Shown one piece after another: positions 28,249-37,221 of a stretch of DNA of 64,000 nt; position 1 is the first letter of the stretch; each line of letters starts with the position of its first letter. Both the position numbers and the translations under genes were made by a program. Source of the DNA: Dehalococcoidia bacterium. Its GTDB lineage: Bacteria; Chloroflexota; Dehalococcoidia; Plut-88900. The notes under the pieces are model-generated. The model was not told the origin of the DNA. It ran no database searches and worked only from the letters and a program-made list of their open reading frames with translations. Location: NCBI GenBank assembly GCA_965197645.1, contig OZ240219.1:224001-288000 (forward strand). Direction: 5' to 3'.

Positions 28249-29634
28249 CTAACTCCCGTGGCCACCCTCCACGCCGCCGGTGCGTCGGAATGCGGCTATG
28301 AAAAGGGCGTAGGCAGCAACCATGAGCAGGGCTCCCGCGGCATAGACCACCGTCAGCGACACGAATCCGATTACCGCATAAGCGAGGAGAGGCCCCAGCG
28401 CCGAGCCGGTGTCCTGCCACGAGGCGTACCTGCTCATCACCTGGGCCCGCCGGTGGAGCGGGGCCAGGCCTCCAACCAGGGCATCCAGGGACGTTAGTGA
28501 GGCGGCCGTGGCGACGAAGGCCAACGGCAACCACAGCAGCGTCAACCAGAGCAGTGCCGGATAGGCCAGCAGTACCAGCCCGGCGAGACAAATGGGAGCG
28601 GAGAAGAGCAGGACTCGCACCCGGCCGTACCTGTCGCTGAGATGGCCGAGGAAGGGCGCAAACATGGTTGCTATCCAATCGGTGGCCAGAAGCACCCCGT
28701 TCAACGTGGCCACGCCTATGAGCACCCCACTGAGGGTCACTCCGTCACCCAGCTCCTGGTTGAGGTAGAATCCCAGTGTAGCCACCAGTACCCCGTTGAG
28801 GACGACGTGAAACGAAAAGTAGGTGAAGTTAGCGGCTAACAGCTGACGAAGCCTCCGGGCTTCGAGCTCGGGTACCGGCGATACCAGCAGGTCCCATATC
28901 CGGTTTCGTCCTTCGGCGGAGTAGTGAGGAATGGGATTCATACGTTCCGTGCTCTTGTAGGCTGCAGATGGCCGTCCCTTTTCGGCGGACTCGCCTCGAC
29001 CCAGCGCCAGGGTAACGGGGAGGCTGAGGAGGCCCAACCCGGCCACGATGAAGAAGCTGGTGGCCCGGCCCGTGAGATCAAACAGAAGGCCTCCCAGCAA
29101 CACACCCACGGCGCTCCCGGCTCGCTGGCCGCCGCTGAAGAACCCCATCATCCGGCCCCTGTCCCCTTCTCCGCTGGACTCCAGGACTACCAGGTACCCG
29201 CTCAATCGCAGCAACGAGTAGCAGAGTCCCCACAGTATCCGGGCGATCAGCAGAACAGCGAATCCCTCTCCCGCTCCGTAGGCGACGGTTGTCCCCACCG
29301 ATAGGACCACTGCGAACAGAAGCGGTCGATCCAGTCCGAATCGATCAAGTACCCAGGCCGCCATGGGATTGGATACGATGCGTACGAGCCGGTTGGCGCT
29401 GAGCAGCACTCCCACCATCCCGGTGGGCACACCGAATGCGGACACCTGGGCGGGGAGCACGTTGTAGAGCATGGAATCTCCCATGATCACGGCGCCTACG
29501 ATGGTCGTGACCAGAAGTACCCGCTTGGAGACCAACCCGGCTCCCTTGACTCGGTCCATGTACGGAGTCCCTATAAACGAACTAATGAAGTCCAGTTTAT
29601 CACCGGGGCTCCGGGCCGATGACGAACGTTCCAC
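28249..29634 (-). CDS. MFS transporter
   Basis: About 12 hydrophobic segments, 'DRFG', 'LSDRYGR'; true start may be later; divergent from the grdE-like genes. Confidence 0.88.
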   Translation of the reverse strand: MERSSSARSPGDKLDFISSFIGTPYMDRVKGAGLVSKRVLLVTTIVGAVIMGDSMLYNVLPAQVSAFGVPTGMVGVLLSANRLVRIVSNPMAAWVLDRFGLDRPLLFAVVLSVGTTVAYGAGEGFAVLLIARILWGLCYSLLRLSGYLVVLESSGEGDRGRMMGFFSGGQRAGSAVGVLLGGLLFDLTGRATSFFIVAGLGLLSLPVTLALGRGESAEKGRPSAAYKSTERMNPIPHYSAEGRNRIWDLLVSPVPELEARRLRQLLAANFTYFSFHVVLNGVLVATLGFYLNQELGDGVTLSGVLIGVATLNGVLLATDWIATMFAPFLGHLSDRYGRVRVLLFSAPICLAGLVLLAYPALLWLTLLWLPLAFVATAASLTSLDALVGGLAPLHRRAQVMSRYASWQDTGSALGPLLAYAVIGFVSLTVVYAAGALLMVAAYALFIAAFRRTGGVEGGHGS

Positions 29635-29741
29635 ACCTGCAGCATCAATGTGGTAATTGGGGCCTCCGTATAGTAAAGTGGGCCGCGCACGGAGTCGGAC
29701 GCCCCGCGATACTCGGATCTCAGTCCGTTGGAGCTACTGCG

Positions 29742-31034
29742 ATGAAGCTTGAGCTAGGCAACTTCAGGGTGGACCAAATCTCCATTGGCCGGGAAGCCAC
29801 CAGGCTGGAAAACGGCGTTCTCCACGTCAACGAAGGCGAAGTGAAGGAGCTGGTGCTTTCCGACCACCACTTCAGCGACGTCCGGCTTCACCTTGCCTAT
29901 CCCGGCGACCCAATACGCATCGTTCACGCCCTGGACGTGGTGGAGCCGCGGCACAAGGTGTCGGGTCAGGGGACCGTGTTCCCGGGCCAGCTCGGGCCGC
30001 CCATAACCGTCGGGACGGGCCGTACCCATCGATTGACGGGCATGGCGCTTGTCGCCGTCGGCGAGCCCGTAGAGGGGGAGACCACCTACTGGCGAGAGGC
30101 ACTCATCGACATGTCCGGGCCGGGGGCCGAGTACTCCTGCTACTCCCGGACGGCCAACCTGGTCATGGAGGTCATATCGGCCCCACCTCGGGGCGCCAGG
30201 CCGGAAGACCTAGAGATCATCGACGTCATAAGAGGCTCCGAATACTCCCGGCAATACAATGAGGCCCTGAGGCTGGCGGGATTCCGGTTGGCGGACTATT
30301 TGGCGAGCGCCACAAGAGACCTTCAGCCTGAAAGCATCGACACCTACGAGTTGCACGACGTGGACCCGTCTCTTCCCAGGGTGGTCTACTCCACCCAGTA
30401 CGCCATGTTCGCATACGGCGAGTACACCGGCTGGCAACCCACTTTCATGCATCCCAACGAGCAGTTGGACGGCGCTATACACCAGGGCTTCAACGGCACA
30501 GGCAGTACCAGGGACGGCACTTACGGCTTCCAGAACGATCCGGTCATCGAAGAGCTGTACAACCGGCACGGCAAGGACTTGAACTTCTTCGGTATGCTGC
30601 TGTGTCCCCTGGGCGGCGAACGGCTGGTGGAGAAGGAACGGATCGCCAGCTATGCAGTGAAGCTGCTCAAGATGGCCCGGATAGACGGGATCATCGAGGC
30701 CTGGGTAGGCGGCGGCCACCCGGGCATCGATTCCATGCTTCTGATGCAGAAGTGCGAGCAGGCCGGCATAAGTACCACCCTCCTCAACCCGGAGATGGCC
30801 CGCACCCAGGACGACACCGGATTCGTTCACTTCGTCCCCGAGGCAGACGCCATAGTCAGCTTGGGCAACTATGAGCGCAAGATAACCCTACCGCCCATGG
30901 AGAACGTCATAGGCGGCACTCACATATTCGAGTCCGGCGAAGACGCCTCCGGCAGCCTCACTCTGACCCTCCGGCACATGTACGCCGCCACCAGTACCCT
31001 GGGCCTAAGCAAGATGATGGGAGTCCAGTACTAG
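29742..31034 (+). CDS. glycine/sarcosine/betaine reductase component B proprotein-like subunit (GrdE/GrdG/GrdI family), paralog 1
   Basis: 'MKLELG', 'DVVEPR.KV.G...FPG', 'IDMSGPGAEY', 'HPNE.LDGAI', 'QNDPVIEELY.RHGKDLNF'; start reassigned to ATG 29742. Confidence 0.88.
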   Translation: MKLELGNFRVDQISIGREATRLENGVLHVNEGEVKELVLSDHHFSDVRLHLAYPGDPIRIVHALDVVEPRHKVSGQGTVFPGQLGPPITVGTGRTHRLTGMALVAVGEPVEGETTYWREALIDMSGPGAEYSCYSRTANLVMEVISAPPRGARPEDLEIIDVIRGSEYSRQYNEALRLAGFRLADYLASATRDLQPESIDTYELHDVDPSLPRVVYSTQYAMFAYGEYTGWQPTFMHPNEQLDGAIHQGFNGTGSTRDGTYGFQNDPVIEELYNRHGKDLNFFGMLLCPLGGERLVEKERIASYAVKLLKMARIDGIIEAWVGGGHPGIDSMLLMQKCEQAGISTTLLNPEMARTQDDTGFVHFVPEADAIVSLGNYERKITLPPMENVIGGTHIFESGEDASGSLTLTLRHMYAATSTLGLSKMMGVQY

Positions 31035-31053
31035 CCAGGTTTGAGGATCCGCT

Positions 31054-32346
31054 ATGAAGCTTGAGATCGGCAATTTCACGGTAGATCGGTTCTCGGTTGG
31101 CGATGGAGGGACCGGGCTGGAAGACGGGGTCCTCCACGTTGACGAGAACGAGGTCAAGCAGCTGGTACTGGCCGACGGTCACTTCAGCGAGGTCAGGCTG
31201 CATCCCGTCTATCCGGGGGACTCGACTCGGATCATTCACGCCATGGACACGGTGGAGCCGCGGCACAAGGTATCGGGTCCGGGTACAGTGTTTCCGGGCA
31301 CCCTGGGACCTCCCACTACCGTCGGCGAGGGGCGCACTCACCGGTTGTCCGGCATGGCGCTGATAACCGTCGGTGAACCGGTCCTGGGAGAATCGACCTA
31401 CTGGCGAGAGGCGATCATCGACATGTCCGGGCCCGGGGCCGGTTACTCCTGCTACTCCCGGACCGCCAACCTTGTGATGGAGCTGCTCCCGGCTGCCCTC
31501 AAAGAGACTGAATCCGCTTACGTGGAGAATCTCGGTACCGTCTGGGGCTCGGCCTACTCCAGGGACTACAACCAGGCCGTCAGGGCCGCGGGTTTCAAGG
31601 TGTCCGACTACCTGGCAGGGGTCACCAGTGCCCTAGAGCCTGAGAGCATCGACACCTACGAGCTAACCGACGCGGACCCTTCGTTGCCCACGGTGGTCTA
31701 CGCCTCGCAGAACGCAATGATGGTCTACGGGACTAGCACCGGATGGCAGCCGACCTTCATGCACCCCAACGAGCTACTGGACGGGGCCTTACACCACGGC
31801 TTCAATGGACCCGCCAGCATCAGGGACGGCACGTATGGCTACCAGAACGATCCGGTCGTCAAGGAGCTGTACGCCCGACACGGAAAGGACCTGAACTTCT
31901 ACGGCTTGCTTCTCTTCCCGATGGGCGGTGAGAGGCTGGACGAAAAGGAGCGTATTACCAGCTACGCAGTCAAGCTCCTCCAGATGGTGGGAGCAGACGG
32001 GATAGTGGAGTCCTGGGTAGGCGGCGGCCACCCGGGCATCGACTCTATGCTCCTCGCCCAGAAGTGCGAGCAGGCCGGCATAGCGGTCTCTCTCTTAAAC
32101 CCCGAGATGGCCCCTACCCAGGAGGACACCGGGTTCGTCCACTTCGTTCCCGAGGCGGACGCCATAGTTAGTCTCGGGAACTACGAGCGTAAGATAAGCC
32201 TGCCGCCTGTGGACAAAGTCATAGGCGGGACCCACATATTCGAGTCTGGCGAAGACGCCTCCGGCAGCTGCGAGGTAACCATCCGGCACATGTACGCCGC
32301 TACGAGCACCGTTGGCCTGAGCAACATAGCCGGGGTACAGTACTAG
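31054..32346 (+). CDS. GrdE/GrdG/GrdI-family subunit, paralog 2
   Basis: Co-linear and highly similar to paralog 1 over the whole length. Confidence 0.88.
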   Translation: MKLEIGNFTVDRFSVGDGGTGLEDGVLHVDENEVKQLVLADGHFSEVRLHPVYPGDSTRIIHAMDTVEPRHKVSGPGTVFPGTLGPPTTVGEGRTHRLSGMALITVGEPVLGESTYWREAIIDMSGPGAGYSCYSRTANLVMELLPAALKETESAYVENLGTVWGSAYSRDYNQAVRAAGFKVSDYLAGVTSALEPESIDTYELTDADPSLPTVVYASQNAMMVYGTSTGWQPTFMHPNELLDGALHHGFNGPASIRDGTYGYQNDPVVKELYARHGKDLNFYGLLLFPMGGERLDEKERITSYAVKLLQMVGADGIVESWVGGGHPGIDSMLLAQKCEQAGIAVSLLNPEMAPTQEDTGFVHFVPEADAIVSLGNYERKISLPPVDKVIGGTHIFESGEDASGSCEVTIRHMYAATSTVGLSNIAGVQY

Positions 32347-32468
32347 ACTGGAGCACGGGGCAAGCGTCGGATCCGTCCTCTGCTTCGAGCCCGCCGTGTT
32401 CGGATCTCGCAAGACCGCAGAAGCCCACAACGTCGCAAGCGGTATATAGGGGCCTCATCGCAACGTTG

Positions 32469-32497
32469 TTGAATTGCCCCTTGCATTGAGATAGTAT
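32469..32497 (+). promoter_or_regulatory. candidate sigma70 promoter for grdB
   Basis: TTGAAT, 17 nt, TAGTAT. Confidence 0.45.
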
Positions 32498-32538
32498 CTA
32501 ACCTGTACGGACCCGCTGTTCCGAGATTGGGAGGGATC

Positions 32539-33858
32539 ATGGCCAAACTAAAAGTCGTGCACTACTTGAACCAGTTCTTCGCCGGCGTAGGCGGGGAGGA
32601 AAAGGCCGACACGCCTCCCGCTTCCAGGGAAGGCCCCACGGGACCGGGAATCGCCTTGGACAAGGCCTTTGGTGACGATGCGGAGGTAATCGGCACCGTC
32701 TACTGTGGCGACAACTACATCGCCGAACAGGGCGAGCCGGCCACCGACCAAGTCATCGAGCTGATCTCCCAGTTCAACCCTGACATCGTGGTCGCCGGCC
32801 CGGCTTTCGGTTCCGGACGCTACGGACTTGCCTGTGGCCAGGTCTGCCAAGCGGCCATCGAGAGCCTGAAGGTGGCGGCGATTACAGGCGCCCACAAGGA
32901 TAGTCCGGTCGCCGAGGCCTACAAGGGCAAGGTCCTGATGGCCTCCACCCGAGACACCGGCGCCGGTATGAACGATGCCGTTCCCGTCCTGACCAGGTTG
33001 GCTCTCAAGCTGGCCAGGCACGAAAATCTGGGGCCCGCTGGGGAAGAGGGCTATCTTCCCACGGGCCGTCGGGAAAACGAGTTCTCCGATAAAACCGCTG
33101 CTCACAGGGGCGTCGAGATGTTGCTGCGAAAGCTGCGGGGCGAAGACCCCCGGACCGAGTGGCCGCTGCCCCGGTACGATCGGGTCGCCCCCGCCCCGCC
33201 CATACAAGACCCCAGCGCAGCAACCCTGGCCCTGGCTACCGAAGGAGGCCTCGTCCAGCGGGGCAACCCGGACAAGCTGGAATCGGCTTGGGCCACCAAA
33301 TGGTTGAAGTTCGATATCGCGGAACAGCCGGCCATGTCGACCGAGACCTATCAGAGCATCCACGGCGGCTTCGATACGACGGCCATCAGCGCCGAACCCA
33401 ACCGGCTGGTGCCCCTGGACGTGGTACGCGACGCTGAAAAGGAAGGCGAGATAGGGAAGGTCCACGACTATCTTTACAGCACCACGGGCAACATGGGGCC
33501 CATCACCAGCATGAAGCAGTTCGGACAGGAGATCGCCGCTGAGCTATCGGCGGCCGGGGTAAGCGGGGTGATACTCACCGCAACCTGAGGCACCGGCACG
33601 CGTAGCGGCGCTACGCTGGCCAAGGAGCTGGAGCGGGCGGGACTTCCCACCGCTCTCGTCACCGCCCTGCACAATCTGGCGGAGAACGTGGGCGCCAACC
33701 GGATAGTCAAGGGCAAGGCTATCCCCCATCCCCTCGGCGACCCGTCCCGATCTCCTGAGCAGGAGCAAGAGGTGCGCAAGAAGGTGCTGGACCAAGCCCT
33801 CGAGGCGTTGAAAACCCAGGTGGACGGACCTACGGTATTCGAGGGCGCGGAAGCCTAA
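32539..33858 (+). CDS. grdB: glycine/betaine/sarcosine reductase selenoprotein B (Sec at TGA 33586-33588, codon 350), 439 aa
   Basis: 'VVHYLNQFFAGVGGEEKAD', 'GPAF..GRYG.ACG', 'HGGFD', 'VILTAT-U-GTGTRSGATLAKELERAG..VGANRIV..IPHPLGDP' continues in frame to TAA 33858. Confidence 0.93.
33600..33616 (+). promoter_or_regulatory. SECIS-like hairpin of grdB
   Basis: GCGTAGC-GGC-GCTACGC, loop starting 19 nt after the UGA. Confidence 0.7.
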
Positions 33859-33872
33859 CGCACAGACTCCCT

Positions 33873-35330
33873 ATGGTTGCCGCCAACGGAAGAAACCCAG
33901 TTGTAAAGGGCGTCACTTACTGCCTGGCCCACGTGCCGGACCTGGTGAGGCACGGCTCCAAGCCTTCGAGGGACATCCCCAGGGATCCGGCGCTTTCGGC
34001 CACGCTGTTGGACCACTGGCGGCCTTTCGAGGAGGCGGTGACCTACCCGCCCAACCAGGTGTTTCTGGGAAACCTTCGACCGGATGACTTGGCCAAGGCG
34101 CCCAAGCCCTGGTTCCGGAACCCTCACATGGAGGGCGGTCGCTTCGGCGCCTACGGCGAGATCATGCCCCAGGAAGAGTTCTACGCCCTGATGAAGGTCT
34201 CGGACCAGTTCGACCTGGTCATGTTGGAGGAGGAGTTCACATCCGAGGCGAGGGCACTGCTGGCCGCACACCCCCTCTTCACCGAGGAGGACGTCGAGCC
34301 ACTGGAGCAAGGCGTACCCCTGGACAAGATCCGGGAGGTGCTGAACGAAGGCACAGCCCTGCCCCTCTATACCGAAAAGGACCGCCTTGTAGGCTGCTTC
34401 CAGCGGGCCCACGAAGAGGACAAGGCTCTGACCGCCGACTCCCTGATCGAAAACCTGGCCGCCAAGGCAACGGCGGCGCTGGCCCTGCGCCACGCCTTCG
34501 ACAAGGTCCCGTCCATCCGGCCCACGGATATCGACTACCTGCTGGGGTGCGGCGAGGAGGCCATCGGCGACCGGTACAACCGGGGCGGCGGCAATCTCGC
34601 CAAGGCCGTCGGCGAGATGTGCGGATGCGTCAACGCCACCGGCTCGGACGTCAAGGCCTTCTGCTGTGCACCCAACCATGCAGTAGTCATCGGCGGCTCG
34701 CTGATCCAATCGGGTGTCTTCGATGAGATCGCCATAGTGGCCGGCGGCTCATTTGCAAAGCTAGGCATGAAGTACCGTGGTCACGTTACCAACGACATGC
34801 CCATCCTGGAAGACGTGCTGGCCTCGGTAGCCATATTCATGGGCCCCGACGACGGCGAAAACCCCAAGGTCCGCCTGGACATCATCGGCAAGCACGATAT
34901 CTCATCGGGGTCGTCCAACCAGGCCATCACCCAAGCCGTGGTGGTTGATCCCCTCAAGAAGCACGGCTTCAAGATCACCGACATCGACCGTTACGCCACG
35001 GAGCTGCACAACCCCGAGATAACCGAGCCCCAGGGCAGCGGCAACACCCCTCGGACCAACTACCGCATGCTGGGCGGCATGGCCGTCAAGGAGGGGGAGA
35101 TAGAGGTCAGCGGACTGGACCAGTTCGTGGAGGACCACGGCATGGTCGGTTTCTCGCCCACCCAGGGGCATATCGCCTCGGCGGTGCCGTTCATAGGACA
35201 CGCCAGAGACATGATCCTGTCCGGCGATATCCAGCGGACCATGTTCTACGCCAAGGGCAGCCTGTTTCTGGGGCGGATGACCAACCTGTCGGACGGAATC
35301 TCCTTCATAATGGAGAGCAACGAGTTGTAA
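33873..35330 (+). CDS. grdC: glycine reductase component C beta subunit (GrdC-like)
   Basis: 'LAHVPDLVRHGSKP', 'YPPNQVFLGN', 'EEAIGDRYNRGGGNLAKA', 'ELHNPEITEP.G.G', 'GF.PTQGHI', 'KGSLFLGRMTNL.DG.S'. Confidence 0.9.
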   Translation: MVAANGRNPVVKGVTYCLAHVPDLVRHGSKPSRDIPRDPALSATLLDHWRPFEEAVTYPPNQVFLGNLRPDDLAKAPKPWFRNPHMEGGRFGAYGEIMPQEEFYALMKVSDQFDLVMLEEEFTSEARALLAAHPLFTEEDVEPLEQGVPLDKIREVLNEGTALPLYTEKDRLVGCFQRAHEEDKALTADSLIENLAAKATAALALRHAFDKVPSIRPTDIDYLLGCGEEAIGDRYNRGGGNLAKAVGEMCGCVNATGSDVKAFCCAPNHAVVIGGSLIQSGVFDEIAIVAGGSFAKLGMKYRGHVTNDMPILEDVLASVAIFMGPDDGENPKVRLDIIGKHDISSGSSNQAITQAVVVDPLKKHGFKITDIDRYATELHNPEITEPQGSGNTPRTNYRMLGGMAVKEGEIEVSGLDQFVEDHGMVGFSPTQGHIASAVPFIGHARDMILSGDIQRTMFYAKGSLFLGRMTNLSDGISFIMESNEL

Positions 35331-35374
35331 ATGGGATATAATGGACGCCAAGCTCGAGCACGGAGGTGAACCAC

Positions 35375-35836
35375 TTGGATCTCAAAGGTAAGAAAGTAAT
35401 TGCCATAGGGGAAAGAGACGGTGTCCAGGGCCCAGCCATTTCAGAGTGTGTCGAGAGCGCCGGCGCCGAGGTGATACTGGAACAGACCCAGTGCTTCGTC
35501 TGAACTGCCGCAGGTGCCATGGACCTGGATGGTCAGGAAAGCATTAAGCGGATTATAGACGAGACCGGCAGGGATGACGTTGTAGTCGTCCTCGGCTCTC
35601 CGGATGCCAACAGCGCGGAGCTGTACGCCGAGACGGTTACCCACGGCGATCCCACCTGGGCCGGTCCCTTGGCCGGAGTACCCTTGGGACTGCCCGTGTA
35701 CCACATCATCGAGCCTGAGGTGAAGGCCACGGTGGATCCCGGCGTGTACGAAGACCAGGTGGGGGTCATGGACGTGGCCCTGGAGTCCGACAAGATTTCG
35801 GACGCCCTGAACAAGGTTAGAGAGAAAGATAGCTAA
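35375..35836 (+). CDS. grdA: glycine reductase selenoprotein A (Sec at TGA 35501-35503), 153 aa
   Basis: TTG start after GGAGGTG; '[18 protein letters not shown]', '[13 protein letters not shown]', '[26 protein letters not shown]'. Confidence 0.95.
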
Positions 35837-35971
35837 AGGAAAAGTTTCCCGTCGAGCAGAAGCCGCCGGCTGAGCACTCCGCACAGTTGGCGGCTTTACC
35901 TTGCGGGGAGAAGACCCATGGGTTCAAGACTGAGAGTAGACACCTCTCCTGCCCCTCCACAGCGATAGGAC

Positions 35972-37138
35972 GTGTCGGATACGAAGCAGCTGGTCATCAT
36001 AGGCTCAGGCCCCTATGGCTTGGCCGTCGCCGCCTACGCAAAGCACCTGGGCCTGGACTTCACTCTGCTGGGGCCGCCCATGGGCCTGTGGCGAAACCAT
36101 ATGCCCCGGGGCCTCCTACTACGCTCGCCGACGGACTGGCATGTCGATTCCGTGGGCGGTCGCTCCTTTAACGATTTCCTGGAAAGCAGGGGCCTCACGC
36201 CCGAGGACGTCTTCCCAATACCCGTCGAGCTGTTCCTGGAGTACACCGACTGGTTCACAGCAGAAAACGATCTACGGACCGACCCTCGCCTCGTCAAGAC
36301 CCTCAGCCGACAGGACTCGCTGTTCGAACTCGTGTTGGAGACCGGTGAGACGATCAGGACTAGCAACGTAGTGGCCACCCTGGGTATGCCCTACTTCAAG
36401 CACGTCCCCGACGAGCTGGCGAAGATGATTCCCGAGCACCAGCTTTCCCACGCCGTTGACTCCGTGAACTTCGAGTTTCTGCGAGATAAGGACGTGTTGA
36501 TCGTCGGCGGCAGGATGACCGCTTTCGAGTGGGCGGTACTTATGGCCGAGCAGGCCAATGCTCAGGCCCACATCGTCCACCGCCACAAGACTCCTCCTTT
36601 CGTGAACTCCGACTTCTCGTGGATATGGCCCGAGGTGCAAAACACCACCTACGTCCGCGGCTGGTTCAGGAACCTCCGCGAAGCCCAACAAAAACAGATC
36701 GACAAGCGGTTCTACAAAGAGGGGCGGCTTAAGATGGAGCCCTGGCTCAAGCCCCGGCTTGATGCTGGTGGAGTGCGTATATCAGCCAACACGGCTATCC
36801 GCTCAGCCCGTCCCGGGCCCAACGGCCGTCTCGACGTGGAGTTGGACAACGGAACCTCCGTGACCGTGGACCACGTGATGCTGGCCACGGGTTACCGACT
36901 GGACCTGAAACGCGTTCCCTACATCGCCAACGGGAACATCCTGGACGACCTTCGGATAAACGAGCGAAGCCCCGTGCTGGACGAGGACTTCCGGTCCAGT
37001 ATTCCCGGTCTCTACTTTACCGGGCTGTCCGCCGTCCAGGATTTCGGTCCCTATTTTGGGTTCTGCGTGGGAAGTCCCTCGGCGGGCCGGGTGATAGGCA
37101 GGAGCCTAGAAAAGACTGCCGGCGCCCGCTCCTCCTAG
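35972..37138 (+). CDS. FAD/NAD(P)-dependent oxidoreductase (flavoprotein monooxygenase-like)
   Basis: 'IIGSGPYG', 'W..HMP.G..LRS', degenerate second 'VGGRMTA.E', 'ATGY', 'PGLYF.G'. Confidence 0.85.
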   Translation: MSDTKQLVIIGSGPYGLAVAAYAKHLGLDFTLLGPPMGLWRNHMPRGLLLRSPTDWHVDSVGGRSFNDFLESRGLTPEDVFPIPVELFLEYTDWFTAENDLRTDPRLVKTLSRQDSLFELVLETGETIRTSNVVATLGMPYFKHVPDELAKMIPEHQLSHAVDSVNFEFLRDKDVLIVGGRMTAFEWAVLMAEQANAQAHIVHRHKTPPFVNSDFSWIWPEVQNTTYVRGWFRNLREAQQKQIDKRFYKEGRLKMEPWLKPRLDAGGVRISANTAIRSARPGPNGRLDVELDNGTSVTVDHVMLATGYRLDLKRVPYIANGNILDDLRINERSPVLDEDFRSSIPGLYFTGLSAVQDFGPYFGFCVGSPSAGRVIGRSLEKTAGARSS

Positions 37139-37221
37139 CTCGGACGGGGCTTGACCCCACACCTACGTCTAGGGCACATTAAGCACCGTATTTCCATGCC
37201 TCGAAATCGGAGGAGAACTGC

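Noticed and set aside
32527-35836. Reading grdB and grdA as nonsense-mutated pseudogenes
   Set aside because: The TGAs fall at the known Sec positions, downstream sequence is intact and hairpins follow.
35837-35971. Possible tRNA-Sec or other ncRNA after grdA
   Set aside because: Only one hairpin (AAGCCGCC..GGCGGCTT); no cloverleaf, T-loop or UCA anticodon arm seen.
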